Part shown: in pieces, positions 30,910-40,097 of the stretch
How positions within the stretch are numbered: the stretch's first letter is position 1
How the letters are laid out: the number at the start of each line of letters is the position of its first letter
NCBI GenBank assembly: GCA_903893485.1
Contig: CAITMK010000011.1
Coordinates: 6,636 to 70,635, forward strand
Length of the DNA stretch: 64,000 nucleotides
Direction: 5' to 3'
From: Candidatus Magasanikiibacteriota bacterium
GTDB lineage: Bacteria; Patescibacteriota; Patescibacteriia; Magasanikbacterales; 2-02-FULL-50-9b
Made by a program: the position numbers and the translations under genes
The notes under the pieces: model-generated
What the model was told of the DNA's origin: nothing
Database searches by the model: none
What the model saw: only the letters and a program-made list of their open reading frames with translations

Positions 30910-31398
30910 ATGCCTAAGATCGGTGCAAAAGCTCCAAGCTTTTCGCTTCCAGATCAGACGGGCAAAGTGCACGCACTCAAAGACTATCTTGGTCAATGGG
31001 TGCTGCTCTATTTTTACCCCAAGGATGATACGCCAGGATGCACCGTGGAAGCGTGCACCCTGCGTGATAATTTCCCCGCGTTTAAGAAATTAAAAATTGC
31101 GGTCTTGGGCGTAAGCGTTGACCCAGTGAAGAGTCATAAAAAGTTTGCAGAAAAATACGAGCTGCCGTTTACACTCTTAGCAGACGAAGAAAAAAAAGTT
31201 GTTGCAGCATACGGCGTGTGGGGCCAGAAAAAATTTATGGGAAGGGAATATATGGGCACCATGCGACACTCATTTCTGATTTCACCCGAGGGAAAAATTA
31301 AAAAAATCTACCTTGAAGTGAAACCAGCGCTGCATGCCGAAGAGGTACTCGCGGACCTCAAAAAATACCGTACAGAAACCGAACAAAAAGGCAAATAG
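30910..31398 (+). CDS. bcp: Thiol peroxidase Bcp
   Basis: YFYPKDDTPGCTVEAC. Confidence 0.93.
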   Translation: MPKIGAKAPSFSLPDQTGKVHALKDYLGQWVLLYFYPKDDTPGCTVEACTLRDNFPAFKKLKIAVLGVSVDPVKSHKKFAEKYELPFTLLADEEKKVVAAYGVWGQKKFMGREYMGTMRHSFLISPEGKIKKIYLEVKPALHAEEVLADLKKYRTETEQKGK

Positions 31399-31478
31399 GC
31401 CCTGTGGAAAACTCGGCTTGCGCTATCCGAAAGACTGGCGTAAGGTAGCCCCAGTTTATAAACATAACTAGGGCCAAT

Positions 31479-31559
31479 ATGCGCTTAAATTCAATAGTTA
31501 TGCGGGAGAATTTCTTCTGCGAAGACGGTTTTGAAGAAGATGACGAGGACGGGGTTTAA
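31479..31559 (+). CDS. Possible 26-aa acidic peptide
   Basis: MRLNSIVMRENFFCEDGFEEDDEDGV; stop codon lies within a GC hairpin. Confidence 0.35.
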   Translation: MRLNSIVMRENFFCEDGFEEDDEDGV

Positions 31560-31604
31560 CCCCGTCCTTGCAATTTACCCGTATCACTGGTATCCTCAAA
31601 ATGT

Positions 31605-32204
31605 ATGAAATACGAACCAGCTCCATTACCATTTTCAAAAACGCCAGAAGGCATTTCAGAAAAAACACTCACGATCCATCACGACAAATTATATGTCGGA
31701 TACGTGAACAAAAAAAACGAGATTGAAGAAAAATTATTGCCCCTGATGCAAGGCGGCGATGTTGCTTCTGCAAATCAATCATATTCAGAACTTCGCGCAC
31801 TCCTTGATGGTTTAACATTCTCTGCAAACGGTACCTATTTGCACGAATGGTATTTTGAATCATTAGCTGGTGCGGGCGTTCCACAAGGTCCATTCGCAGA
31901 TGCGCTTATCGCACGATTTGGTTCCATGGAAAATTTCTTGAAATTTTTTGCAGCAGCTGGTATGGCTGCGCGCGGTTGGGCAGTCCTGGCATGGGACACT
32001 AAATCACAAGCACTCCAGGTATACATTGGCGACGCACATAACCAAGGTGGTGTGTGGGGCGCAGTGCCAGTGCTCGTCATGGATGTATACGAACACGCAT
32101 ACTTCCTTGATTACGGTTCAGACCGCAAAGCATATATTGAATCTTATTTGAAACAACTCAATTGGGATCGTCTCAATGAATTGTACACGAGTGCGTCTCG
32201 TTAA
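31605..32204 (+). CDS. sod: Fe/Mn superoxide dismutase
   Basis: HHDKLYVGYV, LHEWYF and DVYEHAYFLDY motifs. Confidence 0.93.
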   Translation: MKYEPAPLPFSKTPEGISEKTLTIHHDKLYVGYVNKKNEIEEKLLPLMQGGDVASANQSYSELRALLDGLTFSANGTYLHEWYFESLAGAGVPQGPFADALIARFGSMENFLKFFAAAGMAARGWAVLAWDTKSQALQVYIGDAHNQGGVWGAVPVLVMDVYEHAYFLDYGSDRKAYIESYLKQLNWDRLNELYTSASR

Positions 32205-32222
32205 TTGTTCTTTCCTTCCTGT

Positions 32223-32513
32223 ATGGCCGCCTCTCTTTTACGATCTATTGACATCTCGCAAGATATTCAAGCTGAAATTGAAGATATTGCCGCATATCTT
32301 TCCCAAGTGTACGGTTTTGATTTTCCACTTGAGCTTTTGGAAGATTGCTATAAACAAGTTACGAAGGTTGAAACGGTTCGCCATATTGCGGACCGCGTAA
32401 AATCTCGCGTGAATATCGACCCGGATGATATTTTCAATGACGATCGCATGGCTCGCCATGTCACGCGCCTTGAACGCGCATTTCAATATTACATCGACGA
32501 ACATTTATCATAA
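32223..32513 (+). CDS. Hypothetical protein
   Basis: ORF fills the gap between sod and ahpC; start uncertain. Confidence 0.6.
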   Translation: MAASLLRSIDISQDIQAEIEDIAAYLSQVYGFDFPLELLEDCYKQVTKVETVRHIADRVKSRVNIDPDDIFNDDRMARHVTRLERAFQYYIDEHLS

Positions 32514-32530
32514 TTTTAAACAAAAATCCT

Positions 32531-33052
32531 ATGTTACAAGTTGGACAACTCGCCCCATCATTTGACATCGAAGGTTACGTTGCTGGTGAAACAAAACACA
32601 TCGCGCTTTCAGACTACAAAGGTAAATGGACGGTATTGTTTTTTTATCCACGCGATTTTACTTTTGTTTGTCCAACCGAAATTAAAGGCTTTGCAGCCGC
32701 AGAATCAGAATTTGCAAAAATTAACGCAGTAATTGTTGGCGCATCAACCGACAGTGCCTTTGCGCACAAAGCATGGTTTGAACGCGATATGCCAGAAGTT
32801 AAATTTCCAGTTCTCGCTGATACCTCACTCAAGGTGAGTCGTGAATATGGTGTGCTCATTGAAGAAAGTGGCACTGCTCTGCGTGGTACTTTTGTAATCG
32901 ATCCAGACGGCATCTTGCGCTATATTGTTGTTTCAGATTTAAACGTTGGCCGCAGTGTCGAAGAAACACTGCGCGTTGTTGAAGCGCTCCAAACTGGTGA
33001 ACTTTGCCCTGTGGCATGGAAGCCGGGCACCGCGACTTTAGGCAAAGGCTAA
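32531..33052 (+). CDS. ahpC: 2-Cys peroxiredoxin
   Basis: FFYPRDFTFVCPTE and LCPVAWKPG motifs. Confidence 0.93.
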   Translation: MLQVGQLAPSFDIEGYVAGETKHIALSDYKGKWTVLFFYPRDFTFVCPTEIKGFAAAESEFAKINAVIVGASTDSAFAHKAWFERDMPEVKFPVLADTSLKVSREYGVLIEESGTALRGTFVIDPDGILRYIVVSDLNVGRSVEETLRVVEALQTGELCPVAWKPGTATLGKG

Positions 33053-33056
33053 GCCT

Positions 33057-33656
33057 ATGTCACGCGAAGTGGTCTTTGACATTGAAACACAGAATACCTT
33101 TGAAGAAGTCGGCGCCGGAAACCACAAGGGACTTAAAGTCTCATTGGTGGTTACGTATTCCTACGAAGATGATACGTTTCGTACGTTTCGCGAAGAGCAG
33201 CTTAAGGATTTGTGGCCGGTTTTGGAACGCGCGGAACGACTCATTGGCTATAACTCAAAATATTTTGATATTCCGGTTTTACAAAACTATTATACCGGCG
33301 ACCTCATGAAGGTGCCGCATTTAGATTTGCTCGAAGAAATCAAACGCTCAGCCGGGTTTCGCCCAAAGCTCGACGATATTGCAAAGGCAACGCTGAACAC
33401 ACAAAAATCTGGTCATGGTTTGCAAGCGGTTGAATGGTTTAAAACAGGTGAATGGGACAAAATCGAAAAATATTGTATCGATGATGTGCGCATTACGCGC
33501 GATGTGTACGAATACGGAAAAACCCACAAACAAGTTTTCTATCCGGATCTACAAAATAACATCAAACCAATTTCCGTTAAATTTACTCCGGAAAAAGTTT
33601 TTGCAGCAGGTGGCGTTCCAACTACCGGCGGCATGAACATGACGTTGCCTTTCTAA
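33057..33656 (+). CDS. YprB-like RNase H-fold / DEDD exonuclease domain protein
   Basis: VFDIET, IGYNSKYFD, HLDL and YCIDDV motifs. Confidence 0.85.
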   Translation: MSREVVFDIETQNTFEEVGAGNHKGLKVSLVVTYSYEDDTFRTFREEQLKDLWPVLERAERLIGYNSKYFDIPVLQNYYTGDLMKVPHLDLLEEIKRSAGFRPKLDDIAKATLNTQKSGHGLQAVEWFKTGEWDKIEKYCIDDVRITRDVYEYGKTHKQVFYPDLQNNIKPISVKFTPEKVFAAGGVPTTGGMNMTLPF

Positions 33657-33657
33657 T

Positions 33658-34929
33658 ATGAAAAAATTTTTGGCCGCTTGCCTTGGAAAACTAACTGGCC
33701 GCGTGCTCCAAAAATATCAGCCGCGTATTATTGCGGTGACCGGATCCGTTGGTAAAACAACAACAAAAATTGCCATTGCGGCGGTGCTGCAAACTAAATT
33801 TTCAGTGCGCAGCGCAACCAAAAATTATAATAATGAATTAGGATTGCCGCTCGCAATTTTAGGACTCGATGCCCCGGGCAAAAATCCATTTAAATGGTTC
33901 GCGATTTTTGCTGAAGGATTTCGATTATTACTTTCGCAAGATCCGCGATTTCCGCATGTGCTTGTGTTGGAATTTGGCGCGGATCATCCGGGAGATATTG
34001 CGTACTTGTTAAAAATTGCGCAACCGCAAATCGGCGTGGTGACCGCGGTTGCCGCAGCACATACTGAATTTTTTGGTTCCGTTGAAGGCGTGCTCGCAGA
34101 AAAAAAATTAGTTGTGACGCGCCTCGCAGAAGGGGGCACCGCGATTTTAAATACTGACGATGAGCTTATTGCGTCACTGAAGCCAGAAATTAAAGCGCAG
34201 ATCATTACGTACGGTTGCAACACGGGAGAAATTCGTGCAAGCCGTGCGCAAATTCATTACACCATGTCGGGCGATCCAGATGGAATTGAAGTTGGTATAA
34301 CCACCGACGATGGCGAAGTTGGATTTTTAGTTGCAGGAGTTTTAGGTCGGCCGGTTGCATATGCCGCCGCCGCCGCGGTTGCAGTTGGACGAATTTTTAA
34401 TTTATCAAATTCAGAAATTGCAAACGGATTAGCGCTCGCCGATTTTCCGCCGGGCCGCATGCGAATTATTCCGGGCATTAAAAATACCACGCTTATCGAT
34501 GATACGTACAACGCGTCGCCGCGCGCGGCCGCTGAAGCGCTTCGCGTACTTGCAGAAATTCAGGGCAGTGGCCGCCGAGTGGCTGTCTTGGGTGATATGC
34601 TCGAGCTCGGCGCCATGACCGAAGATGAGCATCGTAAAATTGGTTTGCTCGCGGCTGCGTCTGATGTGGCGCTACTTGTTACGGTTGGTGCTGCGTCACG
34701 CGCGTCGGGCGCCGGTGCGCGCGAAGCGGGCATGTCTGAAGATCAAATTTTTCATTTTGATAACGCGGCTGACGCAGGGCTTTTTTTGCAAGATCGTATC
34801 ATGACCGGTGATTATATATTGGTAAAAGGCTCGCAAGGTGTTCGCTGCGAAAAAATTGTAAAAGAATTGATGGCTCAGCCGCTACGCGCGCCGCAATTGC
34901 TGGTGCGTCAGAGTAAGGCGTGGCTATGA
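33658..34929 (+). CDS. murF: UDP-MurNAc-pentapeptide synthetase
   Basis: TGSVGKTTTK, YNNELGLP, DDTYNASP, LGDMLELG and VKGS motifs. Confidence 0.95.
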   Translation: MKKFLAACLGKLTGRVLQKYQPRIIAVTGSVGKTTTKIAIAAVLQTKFSVRSATKNYNNELGLPLAILGLDAPGKNPFKWFAIFAEGFRLLLSQDPRFPHVLVLEFGADHPGDIAYLLKIAQPQIGVVTAVAAAHTEFFGSVEGVLAEKKLVVTRLAEGGTAILNTDDELIASLKPEIKAQIITYGCNTGEIRASRAQIHYTMSGDPDGIEVGITTDDGEVGFLVAGVLGRPVAYAAAAAVAVGRIFNLSNSEIANGLALADFPPGRMRIIPGIKNTTLIDDTYNASPRAAAEALRVLAEIQGSGRRVAVLGDMLELGAMTEDEHRKIGLLAAASDVALLVTVGAASRASGAGAREAGMSEDQIFHFDNAADAGLFLQDRIMTGDYILVKGSQGVRCEKIVKELMAQPLRAPQLLVRQSKAWL

Positions 34930-35678
34930 AATTAATTTCATTAAATACTTTTGGTGGCACTTTTTTTGAGTCGCTCATAGAATTTGTGGAGCGTGAAGAG
35001 TCGACCACTGATATTTTTTGTTTTCAAGAAATTTTATCTGAGGCGCATGATGCAACAAATGTGCGCGGTATGCGCATGAATTTGTTTATTGAGCTGCGAA
35101 CTATTTTGGCAGATTTTGATTATGTATCTTTAGTAACCAATCATAAAAATCAAGCGCCTGAAGAAGGATATACTTTTGGTAAAACAATTTTTGTAAAAAA
35201 ACCAATGCAGATTGAGACGCTCACAGATCATACTGAAGGAGCTTTTTTAGTCGCAAAAATCAAACAGATGAATACAGAATTTATAGTCTGTAATGTACAC
35301 GGCCGATCGCTTCCGGGAGAAAAATTTGATACTGCTGAACGTCTTGAACAGTCAAAAAATATTTTAGATTTTTTGGCCGCACAGTCGGGTGAAAAAATTA
35401 TCTGTGGTGATTTTAATTTATTGCCGCAAACACAGAGTATCAAAATGTTTGAAGAAGCTGGCTATAAAAATTTAATTACTGACTTTGCAATTACCACCAC
35501 GCGTGGAACATTGCATAAAAAGACGTATCCAGAATACGCAAATTTACCGGACGGATTTCAAGAATTTGCAGATTACACGTTTGTGATGCCAGGAATTTTA
35601 GTAAAAAGTTTTGACGTACCGGATTTGTCACTCTCGGATCATTTGCCGATGATATTGAATTTTGATGTTATTCAATAA
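34926..35678 (+). CDS. Endonuclease/exonuclease/phosphatase family protein
   Basis: SLN, CFQE, NVH, CGDFN, DY and SDHLP motifs. Confidence 0.88.
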   Translation: MKLISLNTFGGTFFESLIEFVEREESTTDIFCFQEILSEAHDATNVRGMRMNLFIELRTILADFDYVSLVTNHKNQAPEEGYTFGKTIFVKKPMQIETLTDHTEGAFLVAKIKQMNTEFIVCNVHGRSLPGEKFDTAERLEQSKNILDFLAAQSGEKIICGDFNLLPQTQSIKMFEEAGYKNLITDFAITTTRGTLHKKTYPEYANLPDGFQEFADYTFVMPGILVKSFDVPDLSLSDHLPMILNFDVIQ

Positions 35679-35762
35679 ATATTGAAGGGAATTGCTTCGC
35701 GCGGGCTATATGCCTATGCTCGGTCGCGCAGCAGCCCTTCGATTCCCGTCAGCACAGCTGAT
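35679..35762 (-). repeat. tRNA-tailed hairpin element (Glu copy)
   Basis: On -: gtgctgacgggaatcgaa (17/18 antisense of the tRNA-Glu 3' end), core agcccgcgcgaagc, degenerate sense arm. Confidence 0.8.
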
Positions 35763-35800
35763 ATTTAAAAATATCCAGCGTTTGCTGGATATTTTTAAAT
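35763..35800 (-). terminator. Original tRNA-Glu terminator, displaced by the island
   Basis: Perfect 17-bp stem atttaaaaatatccagc-gttt-gctggatatttttaaat. Confidence 0.75.
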
Positions 35801-35801
35801 A

Positions 35802-35936
35802 GCCCCGGGGACACTGCTAGCGAACTTTTTTATTCAAGCGGTGCGTGTCGAGCCTGAAATGCGGCAGTGGAGTGCTGACATCCGCAACTTTTTGAGTAAG
35901 GAAATACGGGAACCTAAATTTATGGTAACATACTAA
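35802..35936 (+). other. Start-less 44-codon frame, the putative native recombinase C-terminus
   Basis: APGTLLANFFIQ..KFMVTY* in frame with the ATA of the shared core. Confidence 0.7.
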
Positions 35937-35960
35937 AAAGCCATAAATAAAAAGAAAACT

Positions 35961-36143
35961 ATGTCATTACAACGAAAAGACGCATTGACCGACCTTATTC
36001 ATCACACGCCACGCGACAACGGACAAAATAACAAGCCACAAGGGCAAAGCCAACCTGCCGGAACAGTAATTGCGGCAGATGGTACATTAGTAACCCTTGG
36101 CTTAAATCAGAGTAAAAATTCGTCTGACACCTCTAATAAGTAA
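35961..36143 (+). CDS. Small hypothetical protein
   Basis: 60-aa ORF with ATG upstream of the AlbA_2 gene. Confidence 0.35.
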   Translation: MSLQRKDALTDLIHHTPRDNGQNNKPQGQSQPAGTVIAADGTLVTLGLNQSKNSSDTSNK

Positions 36144-36169
36144 CACATGAACCTTAGTGGGTTAACAAT

Positions 36170-37432
36170 ATGCTGGGAAAAGATTTTGACGACATCGATT
36201 GTGATACCGTAAAAGCATTTTTAGAAAGTCAGGCTGACGAAACCCAAAAGATTGAGTTTAAAAGAGAAGCGTGGATTGATAAGCCTGATAAAGATGCCGA
36301 AAAAGGTGATGAAATGTTAAAGGATATTACAGGAATGGCTAACGCGTACGGCGGCTATATTTTACTTGGTGTGAAACAAAATAAAGAAAATGAGGTAATC
36401 ACTTATGAATTTTTTAATATTCCTGACCATGATAAAGAGATGGTGCGCATTAAGCAAAGATGCAACGCATGCATACAACCACGTCTTGATGGTTTTAAAA
36501 TAAAGAGTGTGGAGATGACAACGCTGGAAAAGGAAAGGGTGGTAATTCTGATTTTGAATGTTCCTCGGGGTATTAATGCGCCGCACGCAGCAAAAATGAC
36601 TGATATGCGCGCGGCCTATTGGTTTTGGCGTCGTTATGGTGACATTGTTTTGCCGATGCAGACATTTGATATACGAAAACAAATTATGGATACTTATTTT
36701 GGGACGGAGACTTTGGAGAAAAAATTTACTGATGCTTTTAATCATTTTAAAATCATTAATCATAGCGCGCCGCCATACATTTGGTTGGTCGCTAGTCCGG
36801 CAGATGTTTTGTCTAATAATCGAGTTGACATTAAAAATTCAGCAGTCAAACAAGCCTTTATAAATGAAAAAAGTGCATATACAACCAATCCTTTTCAATT
36901 CACTTTTAAATCTGAAGAATTAAAATATACGGTACGGGGTTTGTGCGCAGCAAGGTCGGGCTATAATATGGGTAAGCGTATAGAACTTCATAAGAGTGGT
37001 TTTCTTCAGGGTATTGGATTTTCTATTTTATCCGAAGAGCCGGGCGCATCAAGTAGACAGTTGTTATCTACATATCGGATTAGGTCGTTTATTTTGAGTT
37101 TTATTAGTCAGGTGTACACCTTATATCAAAATGCAAATATTCAGGGCGGTGTTGATTTTCAGGTTGCAATTGGACAAGCGCAGGGATGCAAACTTCCAAA
37201 TAGGGAGAAAGCACAATACGAAATTGGCATGGCTAGCACAATGATTGTAGAAAATTCATACGATGACACCGTACCACTTATATCTGAAATTATTCATATA
37301 GATGATTTTGACCGTAAACAAATTTTGTTGGTCGCTGACGATTTAGCTGAAAAGGTTTGGAATGGCTTTGGATTTGAAAAAGCAGCGCAATTTAGCCAAG
37401 AATATATTGACGATATAATGAGCCAAACATAG
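36170..37432 (+). CDS. Schlafen/AlbA_2 domain protein
   Basis: ETQKIEFKRE..KDITGMANAYGGYILLGV..PH..WRRYG. Confidence 0.85.
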   Translation: MLGKDFDDIDCDTVKAFLESQADETQKIEFKREAWIDKPDKDAEKGDEMLKDITGMANAYGGYILLGVKQNKENEVITYEFFNIPDHDKEMVRIKQRCNACIQPRLDGFKIKSVEMTTLEKERVVILILNVPRGINAPHAAKMTDMRAAYWFWRRYGDIVLPMQTFDIRKQIMDTYFGTETLEKKFTDAFNHFKIINHSAPPYIWLVASPADVLSNNRVDIKNSAVKQAFINEKSAYTTNPFQFTFKSEELKYTVRGLCAARSGYNMGKRIELHKSGFLQGIGFSILSEEPGASSRQLLSTYRIRSFILSFISQVYTLYQNANIQGGVDFQVAIGQAQGCKLPNREKAQYEIGMASTMIVENSYDDTVPLISEIIHIDDFDRKQILLVADDLAEKVWNGFGFEKAAQFSQEYIDDIMSQT

Positions 37433-37448
37433 CGCCAACAGGCTTTAT

Positions 37449-37862
37449 ATGACCTCTAATACTGTTAGTTTGGGTAGTTACGAAGAATCGTACAAATCTG
37501 ACACTTACGCTCAGTTTCAGGAACTCATAAGCACGCGTACAGCTTTGTGTACCCATAAGAACAGCTCAGTAGATAAAAACGAACGTGAGAGTACACGAAG
37601 AGCAAAAGACCGTCTCGTGGCAATTTATGGGCACTACGGTTACGTCAGTGTGAGTGTTGCGGTGCGGTATGCAGGAATAAGCCGAGACACCTACTACCGT
37701 TACTTACGTGAGGACGCAAATTTCGCGGCAAAAATTAATGAGGCGCAGGAATTTCTAAATGACTATGTGGAAGACCTATTGCTTAAAAAAATTGTGCGGG
37801 ACGAAAATATAGCTTGTATCAAGTTTTATTTATCCCACCGACACCCGGCTTACAGGAAGTAA
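37449..37862 (+). CDS. HTH DNA-binding protein (phage terminase-small-subunit-like)
   Basis: VSVAVRYAGISRDTYYRYLREDANFA..VEDLLLKKI..IKFYL. Confidence 0.7.
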   Translation: MTSNTVSLGSYEESYKSDTYAQFQELISTRTALCTHKNSSVDKNERESTRRAKDRLVAIYGHYGYVSVSVAVRYAGISRDTYYRYLREDANFAAKINEAQEFLNDYVEDLLLKKIVRDENIACIKFYLSHRHPAYRK

Positions 37863-37866
37863 TATA

Positions 37867-38193
37867 TTAGGATTTGAGTAGCGAAACAATGATTTGAACG
37901 ATACCAACAAAAACAAGTGCGCCAGTCAAATAAGTCATTCGGTTTGCATATTTTTCATTACTCGCACTAAGCTCGGTGTTTGATTTGATACTTTTTTCGG
38001 CGCTTTCTCTAATTGTACCTCGCAGCTGCGCAACACTAAGAGGAATTTGAGTGCTGAGGAGTTGTATGGCTTTTGCAAGTTCCTCTGATTTTTCTCCAGT
38101 AAACAATGCTGCTGCTGCATTTACACTAACGTCGGCGGTGGAATGCGGATTATCTTTATATCGACTTAATAATTCGGTTGGGGTCATTGGCAT
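37867..38193 (-). CDS. Hypothetical protein with C-terminal TM
   Basis: Start MPMTP; coiled region and one TM. Confidence 0.6.
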   Translation of the reverse strand: MPMTPTELLSRYKDNPHSTADVSVNAAAALFTGEKSEELAKAIQLLSTQIPLSVAQLRGTIRESAEKSIKSNTELSASNEKYANRMTYLTGALVFVGIVQIIVSLLKS

Positions 38194-38195
38194 AG

Positions 38196-39245
38196 TTATT
38201 TGTTGCGCAGAAGAGCACGAAAAAGAGCCAAGATACCTGAAGCAAAAAAAGCAAAAGTAAAGTTGTATTGGATGATTGTAACAATCAAGGAAATCAACCA
38301 GAGGGCAAAGGAAATCACAATGAAGAGCCAAAACCACTGAATAACAAAAAGGAAAACGTTGAATTTGAAACCAGAAGAAGTTTCATTTATGACGTTATTT
38401 TTAAGGTTCGGTATATCCTCATTTTCGAGGTCGGCTATATCATCCTGTTTATTGATAGTAGGCTTTTTATTTAGAAAAAACTCAACACGTTCCAGCACCT
38501 CTTTACCAGACCTAAACTCATTATAAGATATGCCGACATATTTTTCGGATTTTTCTTCAAATAATTGCTCAAGAACTTTATTTAGGTGCTCTCTAGCACT
38601 TTCTAATTCCGCTTCAGACATCACATCCCGTTTTGTTTTCGGATACGAAATTATATCTAAATCTTCGGACTCGTCCATTATTTGTAAACCCGTTTCATCT
38701 GACTTGAGTGCCATTTCTACTTTGAGCGTCGCATCCTTTATTTTTTCTGATAACTGTCGTAAATATCGACGGTGGTCATTTGGAGTAATTATTTCAGGAT
38801 GCTTGGAAAGGATATACATTGAGACAGGGTTACCCGCCCAGCCCTCGTGCCACTCAACCTCTTTTTTGAGGCCGTCAATAAGCTCATCGGTCGAGGTAAT
38901 GAAATCAAGCCAATCTTTCCCCTCTCGTTCTTTGCGAATAGCTGACTCTAAAACGACCCCGTCTTTTACACTGTATCGTTCTGGTGGTTCGTGCTTTTGT
39001 TCAATGAGTCGCGTTTCTACCTTTATAGGATTAGTTTTTATACGGTATTCGAATTTGTCGGTGTAATAATCATATTCAAGACTCATCATTGATTGATAAG
39101 TCTTTGTTTCTGGGTATACGTCAAAAGTACAATCACCAAAGGTGAGTGTACCGTTGCCATCTTCTTCAAAAATTTCTATTTCCATAAAATTGGTATACCC
39201 ATAATAGGATACATACACTTTCCCATATTGAGACCTAAAAATCAA
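38196..39245 (-). CDS. Hypothetical acidic protein with two C-terminal TMs
   Basis: Long ORF; start may be 39185. Confidence 0.7.
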   Translation of the reverse strand: MIFRSQYGKVYVSYYGYTNFMEIEIFEEDGNGTLTFGDCTFDVYPETKTYQSMMSLEYDYYTDKFEYRIKTNPIKVETRLIEQKHEPPERYSVKDGVVLESAIRKEREGKDWLDFITSTDELIDGLKKEVEWHEGWAGNPVSMYILSKHPEIITPNDHRRYLRQLSEKIKDATLKVEMALKSDETGLQIMDESEDLDIISYPKTKRDVMSEAELESAREHLNKVLEQLFEEKSEKYVGISYNEFRSGKEVLERVEFFLNKKPTINKQDDIADLENEDIPNLKNNVINETSSGFKFNVFLFVIQWFWLFIVISFALWLISLIVTIIQYNFTFAFFASGILALFRALLRNK

Positions 39246-39250
39246 CTATA

Positions 39251-40039
39251 TTAGTGACATTGTGGACTTAAACTGCGGTTTGGGTACGCCTGCAATAGGT
39301 CTGTGAGCGAGCCAAAAGATTTAAGATATTTAGGACTTAAACTTCGCCACGCACTGCATGATGCTGGATAATACAGCTTGGCTGAGCCGTACGATGAAGT
39401 GTAATATGCCGGCGCTTCCTGCGTTGGTGGCGTGATTGGCAAAATGGTTGGTGCTGGTGCTTCATTTACCACAACCGGTGCTGTAGTTATTTGCGGCACA
39501 AACACTGGAGCTGCCAGCTCTGAATTTGTAGCAGCCTTAGTAGGCTTTGTTTGCGGTGATTTATAGTGAGTGAGCCAATCTGTCGAAATTTCTTTTTGCG
39601 CCTCGTCAATGGTCATTTTACCGGTGCAGACTTGTTTGTGTAGCTTGTTTTCAAAAACGTCTTTGACTCGTGACCCATTATTTATACCATACGCTTCAGG
39701 CCACAAATTTGAAATGTCATTACTGCCACCAAGTTCAAGACTGATGAGATGGTCAACTTCGTAATTGCTGCGGCGGCTGTATGGAATACCATATTCTGCG
39801 AATACCTGTTTTTTCTCGGTCGTGGTTACATTGCGCACCGTCTTTGTGTAACCGGTTTTACAAATCACCGAAATGTCAGTGGTGAGAACTGCGCCCGGCG
39901 TACATGCAGGGTCTTGATATGCGGTGTTACCAACGCAACCAACTGTTTTGGTTTGTACGCCGTAATCAGCAAATGCAGGCGTAATAATGAATAACGAAAG
40001 CGCGAACGCGATGGGGGTAATGAAATGGGAGGATTTTAT
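39251..40039 (-). CDS. Exported HNH-type nuclease-like protein with probable ATA start
   Basis: YEVDHLISLELGGSN..NLWPE..KD..ENKLH..C; frame extends 57 codons upstream of the ORF-track start and includes a signal peptide. Confidence 0.72.
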   Translation of the reverse strand: MKSSHFITPIAFALSLFIITPAFADYGVQTKTVGCVGNTAYQDPACTPGAVLTTDISVICKTGYTKTVRNVTTTEKKQVFAEYGIPYSRRSNYEVDHLISLELGGSNDISNLWPEAYGINNGSRVKDVFENKLHKQVCTGKMTIDEAQKEISTDWLTHYKSPQTKPTKAATNSELAAPVFVPQITTAPVVVNEAPAPTILPITPPTQEAPAYYTSSYGSAKLYYPASCSAWRSLSPKYLKSFGSLTDLLQAYPNRSLSPQCH

Positions 40040-40097
40040 AGGGGTTTATTTTTAGGGAAAATATCACGAATTATTTTGCTGCTTGATTAGGCGTATT

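Noticed and set aside
35738-35755. tRNA-Glu 3' copy as the island's att direct repeat
   Set aside because: It is inverted relative to the tRNA and lies outside the ATAG junction
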